Of a stretch of DNA of 64,000 nucleotides, positions 38,032 through 52,484 are shown one piece after another. How positions within the stretch are numbered: the first letter of the stretch is position 1; the number at the start of each line of letters is the position of its first letter. The stretch is taken from contig NW_002060948.1 of NCBI RefSeq assembly GCF_000150275.1, positions 953,983-1,017,982 of the forward strand. Direction: 5' to 3'. Position numbers and translations under genes: made by a program. The stretch is from Trichoplax adhaerens (taxonomy: Eukaryota > Animalia > Placozoa). The notes under the pieces were generated by a model. It searched no databases. It saw only the letters and a list, made by a program, of their open reading frames with translations, and was not told where the DNA came from.

Positions 38032-40020
38032 TTGGTTATAGGTAATACGGGCGTTGGTAAAGGCACTTTCGTCAATTATATGCTTAGGCATGAAATGTTC
38101 AGAGATGCAGAATCTGCAGCTGTAGATACCTATGGTCCTGCTACCTTTACGATCGGTTATGAAATGCGGCCAGAAATCTTATATGCGAAGCCATTTCTAA
38201 GCGAGAAATATCCCTTGGTTTTCAAAGATTTCCCCAGATTTCAAGATAATAGATTATCAAGCGATGCAGTTGTGACTTCTATTAGCACTGAATTGGCGGT
38301 TCGAAATGCTCATCAGGTTAAAAGTAATTTTAATGGAAATCAATAGTTTGCTCGGTACGAGACTACCTGACTTAAATCAAATGGCGAAGACACTGATTAC
38401 GCTTCAAGAGGCCAGTCGATATGAGAATGAGTAACTACTGTAATCTTTATATGGGTATTAGTTGCTTTCTAGTCGATTTCTTCAATAATTCATGCTTTAT
38501 CATAAGAATCTATGTAGCCTACATCTTGCATTCTCGATCAGATCAACAGAAGAGAAGACTAATTTCTTACCCTATTGCAATACTTTAAATACAGTACGGT
38601 GCTCGTACTACGAGCATATTGCAAATTCTTAATTTCTCATGTGTCTGCAACGTCAATGAAAATACACATACTATATGACGAATTATAATTATTAAATCAT
38701 AGTATGAATGTTTGGCCATTTCAGTCAGTCCACATAGAGACTAAGCAATTTGTTTTAACTGGCAGCAATCAATGCCTGTTGTCGCACGATACCAACCACA
38801 AAGATTTACTTCTTGTACTTGACTATTGAATGTGATCAAGCAGTGAATTAATTTCCTACTTGCTGATCACATTACTATCCTATTGTGGAAAAACGCGAAT
38901 CCGGAAGCTCATTGACCTAAATTTTAATCTTTAAACTGAAAAAAAACGCGAAGTCCGGAAATGATTAAAGATTTTAACTTTCAAGCTTATTGCGAGCAGA
39001 GAATATCATTTAATATAGCTATTTATAACTATGCGCATAATGGCAATGTACTAATAGGAGATTAAAGAGCAGTCTAAGCAACTAAAAAATGCTATTAAAA
39101 CATATCAGGAGAGTAAGAATCGGTCCGAGGCACCAAAAACTTTGAAATCAGACCTTGAGAATCACCTTTCTGGTTCAGAAGATTCAACTAATTCAATAAA
39201 AACATCGGAAGAAATCCCAACTCAAAATAATCAATTAAAGAACATGAGGTAAAGCTATTGAGAAGGAAAAAACTAAATTACGTAGAGAAGTAACTGGTAT
39301 TGATACAGATGACCTCATGCTATTTCGTTCAGCTTCTCTTTCTAAAAATTGGACTTTATGGCATAGTTGTTTTTTACGATAGAGTTTAAGGCTGATACCA
39401 ACGCTAAGTGGATATCAGTCAGTGTACATACTGAGGAGAAAATGGACAGTGGCACAATACAGTAGATTGATCGAAAGGTTATTATAAAACAAAATTCCGT
39501 TCTAAATGGTATGTTAAAGCTTATGCGAAAATGGAAGCTTATATCAAAACCAGACACGATGCAGGTAATCAACTTCGGATCCAAAAGATTATCATGAAGA
39601 TAAAATCACTTAAGAGTAAAAAAAAATAAATTAGAAACAAGTTTAGAAAAGCTTAAAAAGGAAAACAAAGTCCTAAATCAAAATACGTATTCAATCTTTA
39701 CATGATGGAAATCTTAATGCAGAAAATAATCGAGAAGATTGCGAAATGTGATCAAGAAATTAAACAGCTTTCTGGTAGAATTGAATCAAGCCGAAGTTTG
39801 ATTGAAAAGAATAAGTAGGTACACGACTATTGGATTCACTTTTTTTAAAGTGTTCCCGATAAGGCCACAGTACCGTAGAAATTCCGGCTTATGAGAGAAA
39901 TTGCGGAGTTGTTAGACTTTCCATCCCATTTTAATACAAGTCTTCGTGAAGCCAGATAATCATTTTATAAAAGATCAGCTTCCTTTTCTTCGCTAGCTTT
40001 TTGAGATAAATCCTGATAAG
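38032..40020 (+). pseudogene. Heavily decayed near-full-length B-like paralog
   Basis: G-domain fragment at 38032-38420 (IGNTGVGKGT, FQDNR.SSDAVV). Frameshifted remnants at 38960-40020: KDFNFQAYCEQRISFN, IDTD, KCDQEIKQLSGRIE, AELLDFPS, FEINP. Confidence 0.85.
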
Positions 40021-41833
40021 GCTGTGTCACAAATTTCTTCTTCGTGAACGGTTAACTCCTCTAGCAACTAATATCCTAATACATTCGAGGTACGTATAGG
40101 CAATGAATTACTCGAAAAAGTATTCCGTTAAAATGTTTACTATATCGCTCGACGAGCCTTTCTAACTACTGATTTTCGGAACAACTAGTCGTTGTGAGCT
40201 CGCTCCTTTTATGCTCTCTGGGAGCGGCCGCTGGTGCATTCTAACAAACTGAGCTCTAATCATTTTCTTCGTTTAGTGCAAGATTACATCTTACAATCAA
40301 TAATAGGACTCAGTATAGTCAAAATTGGTAAACAACATTAATTAGAATAAACCAATTAAGAACCAATTAGAGCTTTGAAGCTCTAAGCAATTTCCACAGG
40401 TGCAAGTAATTACCAGTTAGATTACTTAATAAATGTTTCAAGAAATAGCTTATTTTTGCTGAAATTAAATAGATGCAGTAAAACAGTTTTGATATTTCTA
40501 TCTTGTAATCTATCTTTGTAATTGATAATTTAACTTTCCGGATATACTGAAATTTACTGGAACTATACATAATTATAGTAAACTTAATCCCTTTTGTTTC
40601 TTTCTAATATCTATTTTAGGAATAGCATAATCAACTGTTCCAAGTATAAATTTAAGCGTACATCCTGCATAATCTAGAAACATCATCAAAAAGTATGTTA
40701 CTCAAATGTTAATCATACGTTTGGTTTAAAGTTTAATTCCCGTTCATTTAAACAGGCAGTCTACGAATATCTCATGATAAAAGCTGATTGGGTAAAAACG
40801 GGAAATTTTTTCTTTCAAAAATTAATCAAATTGATACGATCTTCCTATTCTTACCTCATCATATAGTACAGAAAATTCCATCACCCTAAAATTTAACATG
40901 TCGAGTAGCTCTTTTTATCCTTTTAAATCTCTGTTTTGTTTGCATTGCGGAGCTGGTAGCCGACATAACATTCCTAGTCCACTAGGTCTGTATGAAAAAG
41001 GGCTAGTAGAGGCGGTAGATAGAGTCGGTTTTCGGTTTGCTGAAGTAGCACTTGCCTCGGGAGTGGTCTGGCTTTCTGATGTTATTGCAGTTGTAGACAC
41101 TTACATAGCATATAACTCTTAGATGAAAGCTTATAGCTAGATAGTTTAACTCGTTAACGAAGTTTTACATATACTAACCTATTTAATTTCGTAAAACTAA
41201 TTCTATGTTAACAGTCCTCTTACTCATACTAGAAATGGCAGGGTATCATTAAATTTTAAAGCCACCTTTCGATGCAATTTGCTAAATAACAATCAAATTA
41301 CGGCAAACTAAAGCATTAGACACGCTACATTGGCAAGTGGATTTATTTACGTATAAGACGTGAGAATATAATAATTACAATGCTATACAAAAATCACAGA
41401 GGAGTATTCTCTTTAATGTTAAAATATAGAAATAGTTAGTTACGCTACATCAATTTTGATGATAAATTGTATATTTTTAATTAAATTTTAATTTCTACAT
41501 AGATTAGAAAGTATTGATAGTCTATTTTGTCTACTTTATGATAGATTTTTTATTGTAACAGTTCGATATCATAATTACACGACATTATCAGCTGTTAATA
41601 AAATAAAATAAATCATTTGTGAAATATAAGTAACAAGTCGGTATTATAAGGATTAAAGCCAACAAATCCTGGAAAAAAGGCATAAATATTCAGCAAATTA
41701 TGCTAGATACAGCAGGAGTTTATTTAATGTCATTATTTTGATATTGCCGAAGTTGTTGTAGGTTAAAAATTGATTTTGTTCTTTTGTTATTATCCGTGAA
41801 TCTATCAATTGCAAGACGGTAATACTTCTTATA

Positions 41834-44800
41834 TTAGTTGAAGAATTCGGCTAGACGAGGATCTGAGCGTAACTTTTGTTCTAGCGCCAGATACTTGTGC
41901 GGAGCTAGTTCTTTATGTCTGCAAAATAGAAAAGTAGATTTGAACATAAAATCAATTTTTACGACAAGTAAAAATAGCTGTAACAGTAAGTTATCAAAGC
42001 AAAACTCAAAATTTAATGGTAAAATAAAGATATTCTAGACATGTACGCATAAAATGCGATAAGCAAATCGCTATTTTATACCTGCTTATTACCCTCTCCC
42101 CTAAAAAAATTATTAAACTATTATTATCATTTACATGCTACTGTTGCAGTTGACTGTAGTCCAACATAAAGAGTATTGTAGATCAAATGTGAACAGATGA
42201 CTTCTTTACTTGTTTGTAACGTCGATTAATTTAAGAATGTAATTTTAGCATCTTATAGCGCCTTAAGGCTTTATTAACTGTGTTCTGCTTAAACAAGAAA
42301 CACAACATTAGGTTCTTTTTAATATCAACATGACTTAGACTTTACCGATTAAGTCGTAATTCCAAAATATGTATCCTAAACATAGCTTCGCTACAGTAAT
42401 TTAGGTATTCCTCCTCATCTTCCTTTTGCATAGATGCTTGATTCTGTTGATACCAGGCCTGTTTGCGTTGTAATTCTTGTGTTTCCTAAGTAAAGTTAAA
42501 TTTTAATCATGAGATAAATGATATTAGTCTATGGTAATTGCTCATACAGATGCAATATAATCATCGTGATGGCTTTAAGAATATTATTCATAGCGATATA
42601 TTCGTGAAAGACTTGATATGGTGTCATATCATTAGATAAATTTTTATCTATGCGATACTGACTTTTTCAAATCGGCTTTGAATTAAGTTAGCTTGATCGA
42701 TCAATCGCTGTTTAAGATCTTGTAAACACTTCTCTTTCAATTCGTAAGCATTACTTCGAGTGATATTTTCAGCATTTTCGATTTGTGCCAAAAATGGTGC
42801 TAAATAATCTAATTCGCGTTCATCGCGATGTAGCTCTTCCTCGCGTTGTTGACGTAGCTGGACGAAGTTAATAGGGGAAAAAATAGTCCAGGCATTAATA
42901 TATTATTATTAAAGCCATAAATTTATAGTTATTGACTAACTCTAATAGTACATTTGCAATTTATCTTAACCAATGGCAATCAGAAAGCTTACCAGTTCTT
43001 CGCGATGCAATTTCGCTTTCACATTACGGTCGGTATCATACACCGAAATAGAAAGTTCTGATGCAGTTTCTTCTTTTGATCGATCAATTAATATTTCTCG
43101 AACCTAAATATGCAAATTTTAAGAGTAGGAGACTTAAATATATGAAACTTATTCCAAATTTTTATCAATGATATTCAATTATGTTTTTCTTTAAATTTAA
43201 CAATGACAACTTACTTCTGCTTCAGATGCTCTAACCGCATCGATACTTTTCAATTCTTCACTAATGAGTGAAGTTAACATCTCATAAAGATGGCGTAGTT
43301 TAGGCTGTTTCTGATGTATATCAACCTATCAAGATATTTCTGTCATATTATCATCACCAGGTAATTTAATTATTTTATTACTTCACCTAGACTAAACACT
43401 AGGGCTGTCATTATTTACATCCATTGCTATACTGCTTTAAATTGTCGATTTAGATTATCTAATTATTAATATTATACATAAATTACCTGAAATGTTGATG
43501 TCATATCTGGTGTCATTGATAAAGTAACACCTTTATCATGAGCATTTGCTGGTTTTAGGAATTCTCTTTTCGATGCTGTAATACGATTATCTCCAAGGTG
43601 ATAAATTAATTGTATTCTGTTATCCGAGATTTGAAATATTCTTTCAGCTACATCATCATCAGCTAATTTCTCAGCGTTTCGATTAAATCTCTCCACAATT
43701 TTCTAGCAGTGATAACGATATTATTATTATATTACATTAAACATATATTAAATATCACATTGTATATATTGAATAAATTGATAAGTTTGTCTTCTGTGTT
43801 ATAAAACTGTACATGTGTATGTTATATAGTCAAATAATTTCAAACTAATTATTTGAATATGCACCAAAATTGGCCTTTCAGATTCTGTCATCGGATTATA
43901 TTTCTTTGCAGGGCCAAATTTTTTTGCACGACTACCAAAATATGTTGCTCGATAATATAGGAAATCAGGTCGGTCTTTAAAAGTTTCTACCATCGATGTT
44001 GGCGTTTCCTCTCGGCTAACAAGTCCATCGACTCGAGCACTATAAATTAACAGTATCAAAGTATAATTTATATGTTATGGGCAGAATCTCTAATTGTAAA
44101 ATAATTTAGCAGAAAAAATCTGAACGATGATTAGCATTAGAATTTGGACCGATATATGCTATAAATATGAATATTGTAATTCCACTATATATAACTTCAA
44201 TTTCTCACAAGTTATATGAGATGGATCTGCATAGATAGATCCGCATAATGATAATCGTAGTACATCAGATCATATTTGCTATAAATACGGGTATACATAT
44301 ATTTCATTAGTGATGCACAGTAGTTTTAATATCTTACGGGCTATAAAATATCATCACTCTTTCATTCTCAGGCCCTGGAGCGGAATATTGAAAGGTGTGC
44401 TCTGAATCCAATTTGAAAAAGAAATCAAATTAAATTATTAATTTTTAGACTTTCTTATTTATAGTACTAGTCGTAGGATATTTAATAAAAACCTTTAAGT
44501 GCTTGCATTTTGCCGATATTAGACCCAATACGACCTGGAGAAAATTCTTCAGTAATTTTACCGGTGGTGTGATCATAACAACGCAAATTTAATTTATCTT
44601 TGCGATGTTTAAACCACTCTTTTGTTTTAAGCACATTTTTCACTGTAATTTGCAATCAAATTATATATTACTAACTTGACAGCTCAAAAACTACATTGCT
44701 TAAAGCGCTTCATTAGGAAGTATGTTATATCGCTATCAAATAATTACTTTCAATATCGTCGAATATGGATAGTTTTGTGATCAAGCCATCTCGGACTAAA

Positions 44801-46963
44801 TATTCAGCAAATTTTTCCAGTTTTGCTCTTTTGTACAAAATAGTTTTTTTGCCTTGAGGACTTCGTGTCTGATACTCTAGTAAAATTAATTGTAATCGGA
44901 GTATAGCTAATTGGAACTTGAAAGTTTACCACACCGTACTGTATTTACATACGAGTGTTACATAGATTTGCTTCGCCTGAAATCCAATAATATCGGCAAT
45001 AGTAAAATTTACCTGTGCGTGATATCTCAATCGCTTCAATCCATGCTGGCGGTAAATCAATCTGTTCATCTTTTATCTCCTCCTGAATGATTAATAAATT
45101 GGTTGAATAATTAAATTGTAGCTGCAAAATTTTAATTCACACAAAATTCTGCACTATACACAAACCTCATCATCATCAAGATCCAATATACTATCATCTT
45201 CTTTTTGATGAAGTGCTAGTAGTGGCTTATCAACATTAGGGAATAAAAATTCCCATTTTGCAGGGTCTCCTAAATCGTAAATCATGTTCTGAATAGTATA
45301 ATTAGAATAATTTTGTCAGTTTTGATTACTGTTAAAAGCCGGCGTTAGGTCGTATACTTTGAATTTGTAAAACAATAAAGAAATGATCTAAATTTTTAAC
45401 ACCTGTACACCTTCCGAACAGTCTTGCATGTTAACCCAAAAATTTAGATTGTTCCATACGCATTCAATGCCGAGGTAGTTGTCATCTTGAGCTGATCTAG
45501 CTTGACCAGTTAATGGCTCAATAAAGAATGTTTCAGCGACTTCACGCTTTCCGGATAAAATCATAACCCAACAATGAACTCGTAAGCCATGCAATGGATC
45601 TGGTTTGGGCTTTTCTAGTGCCTACAAATGGTGAATTTTTGTTAATCATTTACAACTACCGTAAATTTACAAATTTATCAATCAAGAATTAGGCTAATAG
45701 CTTACAGCAATCCTTTTCAATTCTATTTCCTTCTGTTTATTTTCTTCATTCTTAATTTCTTCTACCCTTTTCTTGTCTTGATCACGTAAATACTTACTGC
45801 GCAAATCTTTTGGTGGTTTAACAGTATACTTATTTTGTTCTTTAGTAGCCTCTACTTCTACTAACTGTTTAATATCATAAATATAAATGATAATTTACAT
45901 TAGATTTACTGTCATTGACGACATGGACAATACAAGTGTGCACATGAAATGTAATTTACCTCTTCCTGTTGAGTTATGAGTGGACAAAATTCTCGACTTT
46001 GATCCATGTATGTTGTCTCGCGAGAGGCGTAGCCAAGAACGCAATATGCATCATATCCTACTCCAAGGAGCAATGAGCACAATAACATACTGAAATCGAA
46101 GCTATTGCCTTTTTGCCTTCTCAGAATTGTCGTCGAAGAGCATAAAATATTGGGCTAATCAAATCAGAAAGTTATTTAAATCAAAAGAAGTTGTAGGAAA
46201 GGTATTTAGAAAACTATCTCAGCTTTATTTGATGCATTAATGTCATCTTATTTTCAACTTACTGGCTCTGTTGTTGGTGTTAACGGTTCAAATGTTAAAA
46301 AATCGGAGACAAAAGTTGCTGCTCCATCGTAAGTATACAGTTCTTTATATGGTAATTCGGTTGGATGTAATGAAGTGCAAATCAATTTCTAGTGATGTTA
46401 AAAATGATGAATGCATCAAGATCACTTTCTACATCATATTAATTTATTTATCCTCAGTACAATAATCAGAAAGTTTTAGAACAGAATATTTACCTCTATT
46501 CCGCATTCGTTAAGTGGTGTCATAAACAGTGGCTTTCGATCGCGATATAGATGTGCAAATTGTTTCTTAAAGTTATCGCAATATGACAAGATTAGTTCTT
46601 CCTTTTGTGAATTCTGGGTGTATGATAACGGTAGTTGATCTACATCAATATCATTTGGTCTAATAAAAATCAAAATAACGAATTTGTTAAAGCAAGAAAA
46701 ATATATTGTTAATCTATAGATTTGACTGAGAAGTGACACGTTGCTAGTTCTAATAAAGCCTAGAAAGTATTGTTCGATAGTCTTTGCCTGAGTTGATTTA
46801 AAATCGTAATAACCAACTACTATCACTCTTCATTGGTAATTATTTATTAGTTAGTAACGATAAAAGAATTCGACTTCTATTTTAGCATGAGTAGATCTAC
46901 TTACAGATCGATTTTTGGAGCTTCAATTGTGATTGAAGCTAATCTCTTCTTGAGTTCTTCCAT
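41834..46963 (-). CDS. DRC7: Dynein regulatory complex subunit 7 (CCDC135), multi-exon; 5' end uncertain
   Basis: Exons encode LFMTPLNECG, QKGNSFDFS..LCSLLLGVGYDAYCVLGYA, HGLRVHCWVMILSGKREV..FFIEPLTG, YLGIECVWNN.NFWVNMQ, DDDVAERIF, YCSEAMFRIHILELRL and ALEQKLRSDPRL, all recalled DRC7 motifs. Stop at 41834. An AG just before the Met at 46963 suggests a further upstream exon. Confidence 0.88.
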
Positions 46964-48532
46964 ATCTATTGAACATATGGTAGAATACCAGTTACCATTA
47001 AGGTTTACAATAATCTATTGACTATCGTAATGGAGATTTTTGGAATATTTAAAGAACGGATCGCGTTGAAAGATAATACGCTGAAATTAAAGCAACAACC
47101 TTGTAATAGTTTAATGGATCTTTTTAGAGGATATTCGAAGATATAGCGATGAGCTATAGTAAATCATTAGTTGTATCATCATCGCTGAAATTGAATTTGT
47201 TGCATAGCAACGGTAAATGATTGAAAAACGCATGCGCAACTTTCTTCCTACTGGTAGGCAAGGTACACAAATAGTAATCTGGCCCTATACTGTGTAACAA
47301 TACCGTTTACCAGTAAAGGTAGTGTCGATGAAATCAACACTGCTATTGCACCTTATCGGTTACTGTATTTGCAAAGCTAGAATAGAATCTGCTAGAGCCT
47401 TATGCAATAAAGAGCATACAAAATAATCTTAGAGCTATATAAATATAAAGTTGAGCCTGATGAATTATTAGAATTTGAATATTTCTTCACCTTATCTGTC
47501 AAGAAGAACTCACCAATACTAGAGTAAAGAATAGTGCAAATCTAATGTTGAAACGGCCGGTCTCAGCTAGGAATATTTGCAAGTGATTTCTACAATATTG
47601 CATCACGAACAGACGAGTACTTTTTGATTGTGGATTAACCTGAGAATCCTTGAAGGTAGTTGTTTGCCTGTTATAACTACATATATGTACACTATAATCA
47701 CTGATGTATCATTGTCAACTATATGATTGATCTATACTTGTTACAGATGTATTTTAAAGTTTTAAATTTTACTATTTGAAATTATTTAATTATAAATAAT
47801 GAGTCCCTGGTGTCGTAAAGCTCCCTAGCCGGCATTCACAACAATGTTTGTATTGCATCGAATGCAATATGGAAATTGCAACCTAGCATGTGGCTATTTA
47901 TTTGCAACTACGCCCTCATATCTCTGTGACTACTTAGTTGTTATACTATAATAAATATGAGCTGCGAAGATCAAAGCTCAAAACAGATTTTTTTGCAGTA
48001 AAGTTGTAGGGAACACAGTCCGTACGTCAGTTAGCTATATCGATAAAGTGCGATAGATTTGTTTACGGAGTTATAGGGACTCCAGTCTGCTACTATAAAC
48101 TGCTGAAGTAAACGTAAGATAGGATCCTTAGTAGATGATCGCATATACCGTCTTTCGGCAGAAGCATGAGTTTTTCTCAGATAAGAGTGTGATCGATTGT
48201 TAGATTCTTGCCAATTATGATTGTTATTAATTGCTATTTTCCTTTACAGAAATTTTGCTAAATACGTATGATGCTTTTTTCTCGCGGATTGAATTTGGCA
48301 AGTAGCTGCAAAAACTCTCACAAACTTACTTCCAGGTGGAATACCTTGAGAACCTTGTATGTGGTACATGTAGATAGTATTAAAATTTAAAATTGAAGTG
48401 TTTCCTATTGATAAATTGGTTGTATTGGTGAAGGATTACATGCACGTAGCTATGTGATCGTAGTATATGAGCAGTTATATTTAACGGGTGATCATTTCTT
48501 TTGTACTACAAATACTGAATGTATTGAATTAG

Positions 48533-50167
48533 ATCATCAACAAATAAATCTCAAGCTGAACTAACTGACAAAGCTGCTATAAAAAGTCGGCAATGGTATG
48601 ACGATAGCAAGAAGCGATGTACTTTCATTAACGGCCGCTTTGTTGATCCCTGGCAAGAGTTTCGACTCCCTTCCTTAAGCGATGCATGGCAAATTCTATT
48701 TAATGAAAAAGATGAGAGTAATATTCCTTCTAAACAGGTCGTGTGATAGCATAAAGTTATCCATATACTTCTGTTCTATAAATTTATTTATTGGATCTTT
48801 ATCGTTATTTAGGTCTTAGATTCAATCTTACCGATCGTTACACCAGATCATAATCTATTAGCAAGTCCCCCAGTTGATAAGATTACTACCACTTGGATAG
48901 GTCATTCAACATTGCTAACCCAATTTGAAGATTTATCTATCCTAACTGATCCAATCTTCAGCGATAGATGTTCGCCTTCACAATTATTTGGACCTAAGCG
49001 ATATCGAAGTGCACCATGCAAAATAAATGAATTACCACCAATTGATGCTGTATGCATCAGTCATAACCACTACGACCACTTAGATTATAATTCAGTTGTT
49101 GAACTTAACCGACGTTTTCATGATCAGTTGGCTTGGTTTATCCCAAAAGGTTTAAAGAAATGGTTTCAAGAGTGTCATTGTAATAATATCATAGGTAAGC
49201 ACATTTTTACATTTACATTCGTCACCAGACTTTTGCATTATTTAACTAAGATAAACCTAAATCTGCAACGGTTTTTGCCACATCAGAACTTGACTGGTGG
49301 GAAGAATGCAATCATCCATTTCATAAGAAATTTAAATTTATTTTCGTTCCAAGTCGACATTGGTCTAAAAGATCGCTATTTGATACTTGTGGATCTTTAT
49401 GGGGAGGATGGATAGTTACTGGATCTAATCATAATGTAACTAATTATGCTTTGGCATATCTTCACTTATCATGATATGCATAAAACGAATAATTCACTAG
49501 TATTAGTGATACAATAATGTATGATTAAATCTAAAAATACCACGTATGACTTCTTGTATTTTACATGCCATTCTAAGATAAAATTATACTATTGTGTCAG
49601 TACCTTATGAAAGCTAGTGATTATCTTTAATCAATTAAATCGCTTAAAACTCTCATTCATCCATTGAACTCTCTAGTTTTACTTTGTGGGTGATACTGGA
49701 TATTCTGATATCTTTCAATTAATTGGCCATTCCTACGGTCCTTTCGACCTTGCTGCAATTCCTATCGGCTGCTATTTACCAAGGTACTAAATAAAATATA
49801 TTACGCAAGCATTGGATGTAGTTTTATGTAATCATCTAGAACCCATCTGTTTCACCATACAGGATCTTAATGAAGAATCAGCACGTAAATACTGAAGAAG
49901 CTGTACAGATCCATCATGATATTAAATCAAAGAATTCTTTGGGAATTCATTGGGGTACATTTCAACTTAGTTACGAAGTGAGTATTTTAGATTTATATTT
50001 TGAAAAATCTCTTTAAATTATATCCGAAATGTCAAATTAATTTTTTTGGACGGTTCCAGCATTATCTAGATCCTCTACATGAGCTAAAACGTCTAACAGC
50101 GCAAGAGTCAATGTCTGGCTCTGATTTTTTTGTATTGCACCATGGAGAAAGCAAGATTATTTCTTGA
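48533..50167 (+). CDS. NAPEPLD: N-acyl-phosphatidylethanolamine phospholipase D (metallo-beta-lactamase fold); first exon not located
   Basis: [60 protein letters not shown]...[29 protein letters not shown] and HGES. TGA at 50165-50167. Confidence 0.9.
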
Positions 50168-50286
50168 AAATATATGCAGGGAAATTAATAATTTATTAAA
50201 ACACTTTTGAATCAATGTATTAAATCAATGATCATAGCTTTTCAGTAAGAGGTATCACTTGTACCTTTTCACACATAAAGAGTCGG

Positions 50287-50775
50287 TGTGATGGAGGGTT
50301 CGATATCTCAGAGGATTGAGATTTAGTCGCCATTTACAATTATTACAACAAAGGTGTTATAAAAGTTATGCTTTATTGTAGGTTAGTAATGTGAAGTACA
50401 GTGAGGTAGTTACGGTAGATCAGCGTGCAAGCTGTTGTGAGTAACGAGTAGAAGTATTAGACAGTGAGAAACTAACTAGAAGACTAACTGAGAGGCTAAT
50501 GAACTCTGAGGTAGAAATCGCCGGTGTTTATAGTAGTTTTAAAGATAGAGCACATGCAGAGAATAGGATTGTGGAATTAGATACAACATATACCATAACA
50601 GGTTAAAAAATAGCAGATGATTGTAGAAAACAGCAAGTACCGTAATAACTAAATATAGTAGTCTATATATGAATGTAGAGTAAGCGGACTGTAGATCTGT
50701 CTAAATATAAGAGCAATACAACATGTCTATATTTAAGAGTAGAATATAGTTATAGTATATTCTAAATACACTACA
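50287..50775 (-). mobile_element. Solo LTR, 489 bp, TSD GTCGG
   Basis: GTCGG|TGTGATG ... CACTACA|GTCGG. On the minus strand TATAAA (about 50527-50532) precedes AATAAA (about 50372-50377). Confidence 0.8.
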
Positions 50776-52484
50776 GTCGGCATTAATAAGGTGGGATACT
50801 TAAGTCAGTTACACTATTTAGCAAAAGAGCAAATAATTTTATGAATTTTTAAGTAAAATTATTCGTTAATAATAATATTAATTAAAACAACGTATCATAC
50901 TAATATCTAGTAGTTGAAATCATTGCTGTTTCTGATGATTTCGTCTGCATGTAATAGTGATATGATTTACTTTATCTTAATTTATAAACTTCTTGTTTTA
51001 TACCTTTTGCTATACACTTAAATATGGAATTATGGAATACTAATTTATCGTTCGCATTCGACAATTCAGTTACTGTGCATATTTTTCTATCACTGCAAAG
51101 TAGTGATATTTTTAAATTTCGTGATAGCTCTCTACTCAATAAAGGCTCTACATAGAAACCTCCGCTATGACAAATGGCAAATACGGTAGCAGTGGTACTG
51201 CTTACTGTGGTCGAATTTATAAGTACACATACTTATCAGTAAAATGTTTGATATCCTCCACTTCCGAAAAGCAAACCGAGTAGATATTTAATAGGAGTGC
51301 CTTAGGTGGTGCTTAGTATTGAGATTCTAAAATATTGAGGTTGACCGCATGTCTTCTCTGCAGATAATCAAGGACTACTAAACACATACTTTTAAATTCT
51401 AATTATACTACAGTATGTCTTACATTGAGGCTTTGCGTTTAGTAGTCCCTGAAATAAATGATGTTTAAAACTTTGTAATCATAAAATAAAACGGCAAATG
51501 CCTAGACGCGTATAAGTATACTTGTATTAACGGTCCTGTATAACTGTTACGAATAAAATGATGTCATATCCGGAAAGCACTTGTAGAAATATAGCAGAAT
51601 TCTTCTACCGCTGTGAATCGATATTGGTAATAGATTAAATCTACTTTAACTTTGATTTCCTTCCATTCTAGTGCGCTAAATTTACGAGGTGTCCTGATAT
51701 TGATGCAAGTGCGGGTAACACTTCGTAGACAGTTTACAGTAGTGTAGACTATTTTACGGAAAAGTACAGTATAATATATATCAATTATGTAACTGCACTC
51801 ATAAGAAATTATAGACATGCACTCTTCAGTACATAACAACTACAGTACAGTAACATAAGCTAGAGATAATGTATGAATGTAAAATTGTAAGCTAATCAAA
51901 TTTAGCGATAGTTGCAGTCTAAGAGCACAGAAATTCATGTGGTTACCATAGAATTAACTTTGTAACAAGAATAGTAGTTTTTTTGCTGTAAATATGTATT
52001 ATGAGGAAATATATACTTCTTGTCAACTCCTATTATTTAATAATACCACAAATTATGCTAGGCTTCTTATTATCTATTGTAGGAAATTTCACTAGAGGAA
52101 TACTTTGCATAGTAATAGTGATTAGTAAGAGCCATCCATAGCCCTCTGTTGTCTTTTACTGTTGTAGATAACAGGAGAAAAGAGATAGCAAGCTCATTGT
52201 ATAACAAATGACCACTTTACTGTCAACCATTAAACATGTCTTATGAGATCATGTCGCGTATTTTCGCAACATTTTAAGATAATCAGAACTGGTAACCAAT
52301 AATATCAAGTTAACATGAACTAATACTAAATTGTTTTCTACTGATTGAATTTTTACTTTAACGCATTTAACGACGGCTGCTAAACAAGTTAAAAATGAAG
52401 CAATAGCTTAGCCTACACTATTTTCGTATTTAGAATGTTATCTCGTATTTTGTATTATGATGATCACTTAATGGCACCAAATAA

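Noticed and set aside
13481-40020. Cluster as bacterial contamination
   Set aside because: It is contiguous with intron-containing genes, has long AT-rich spacers, a solo LTR, a MITE and a copy of a host exon, and lacks operon-like gene density.
40898-41122. Ser/Thr-rich ORFs on both strands
   Set aside because: No recognisable motif or convincing exon chain; it may be an exon of an unrecognised gene, but this cannot be supported.
48006-48510. Possible third solo LTR (TGTAG...CTACA, with ctactataaac)
   Set aside because: The flanks (aaagt/aatac) do not form a TSD.
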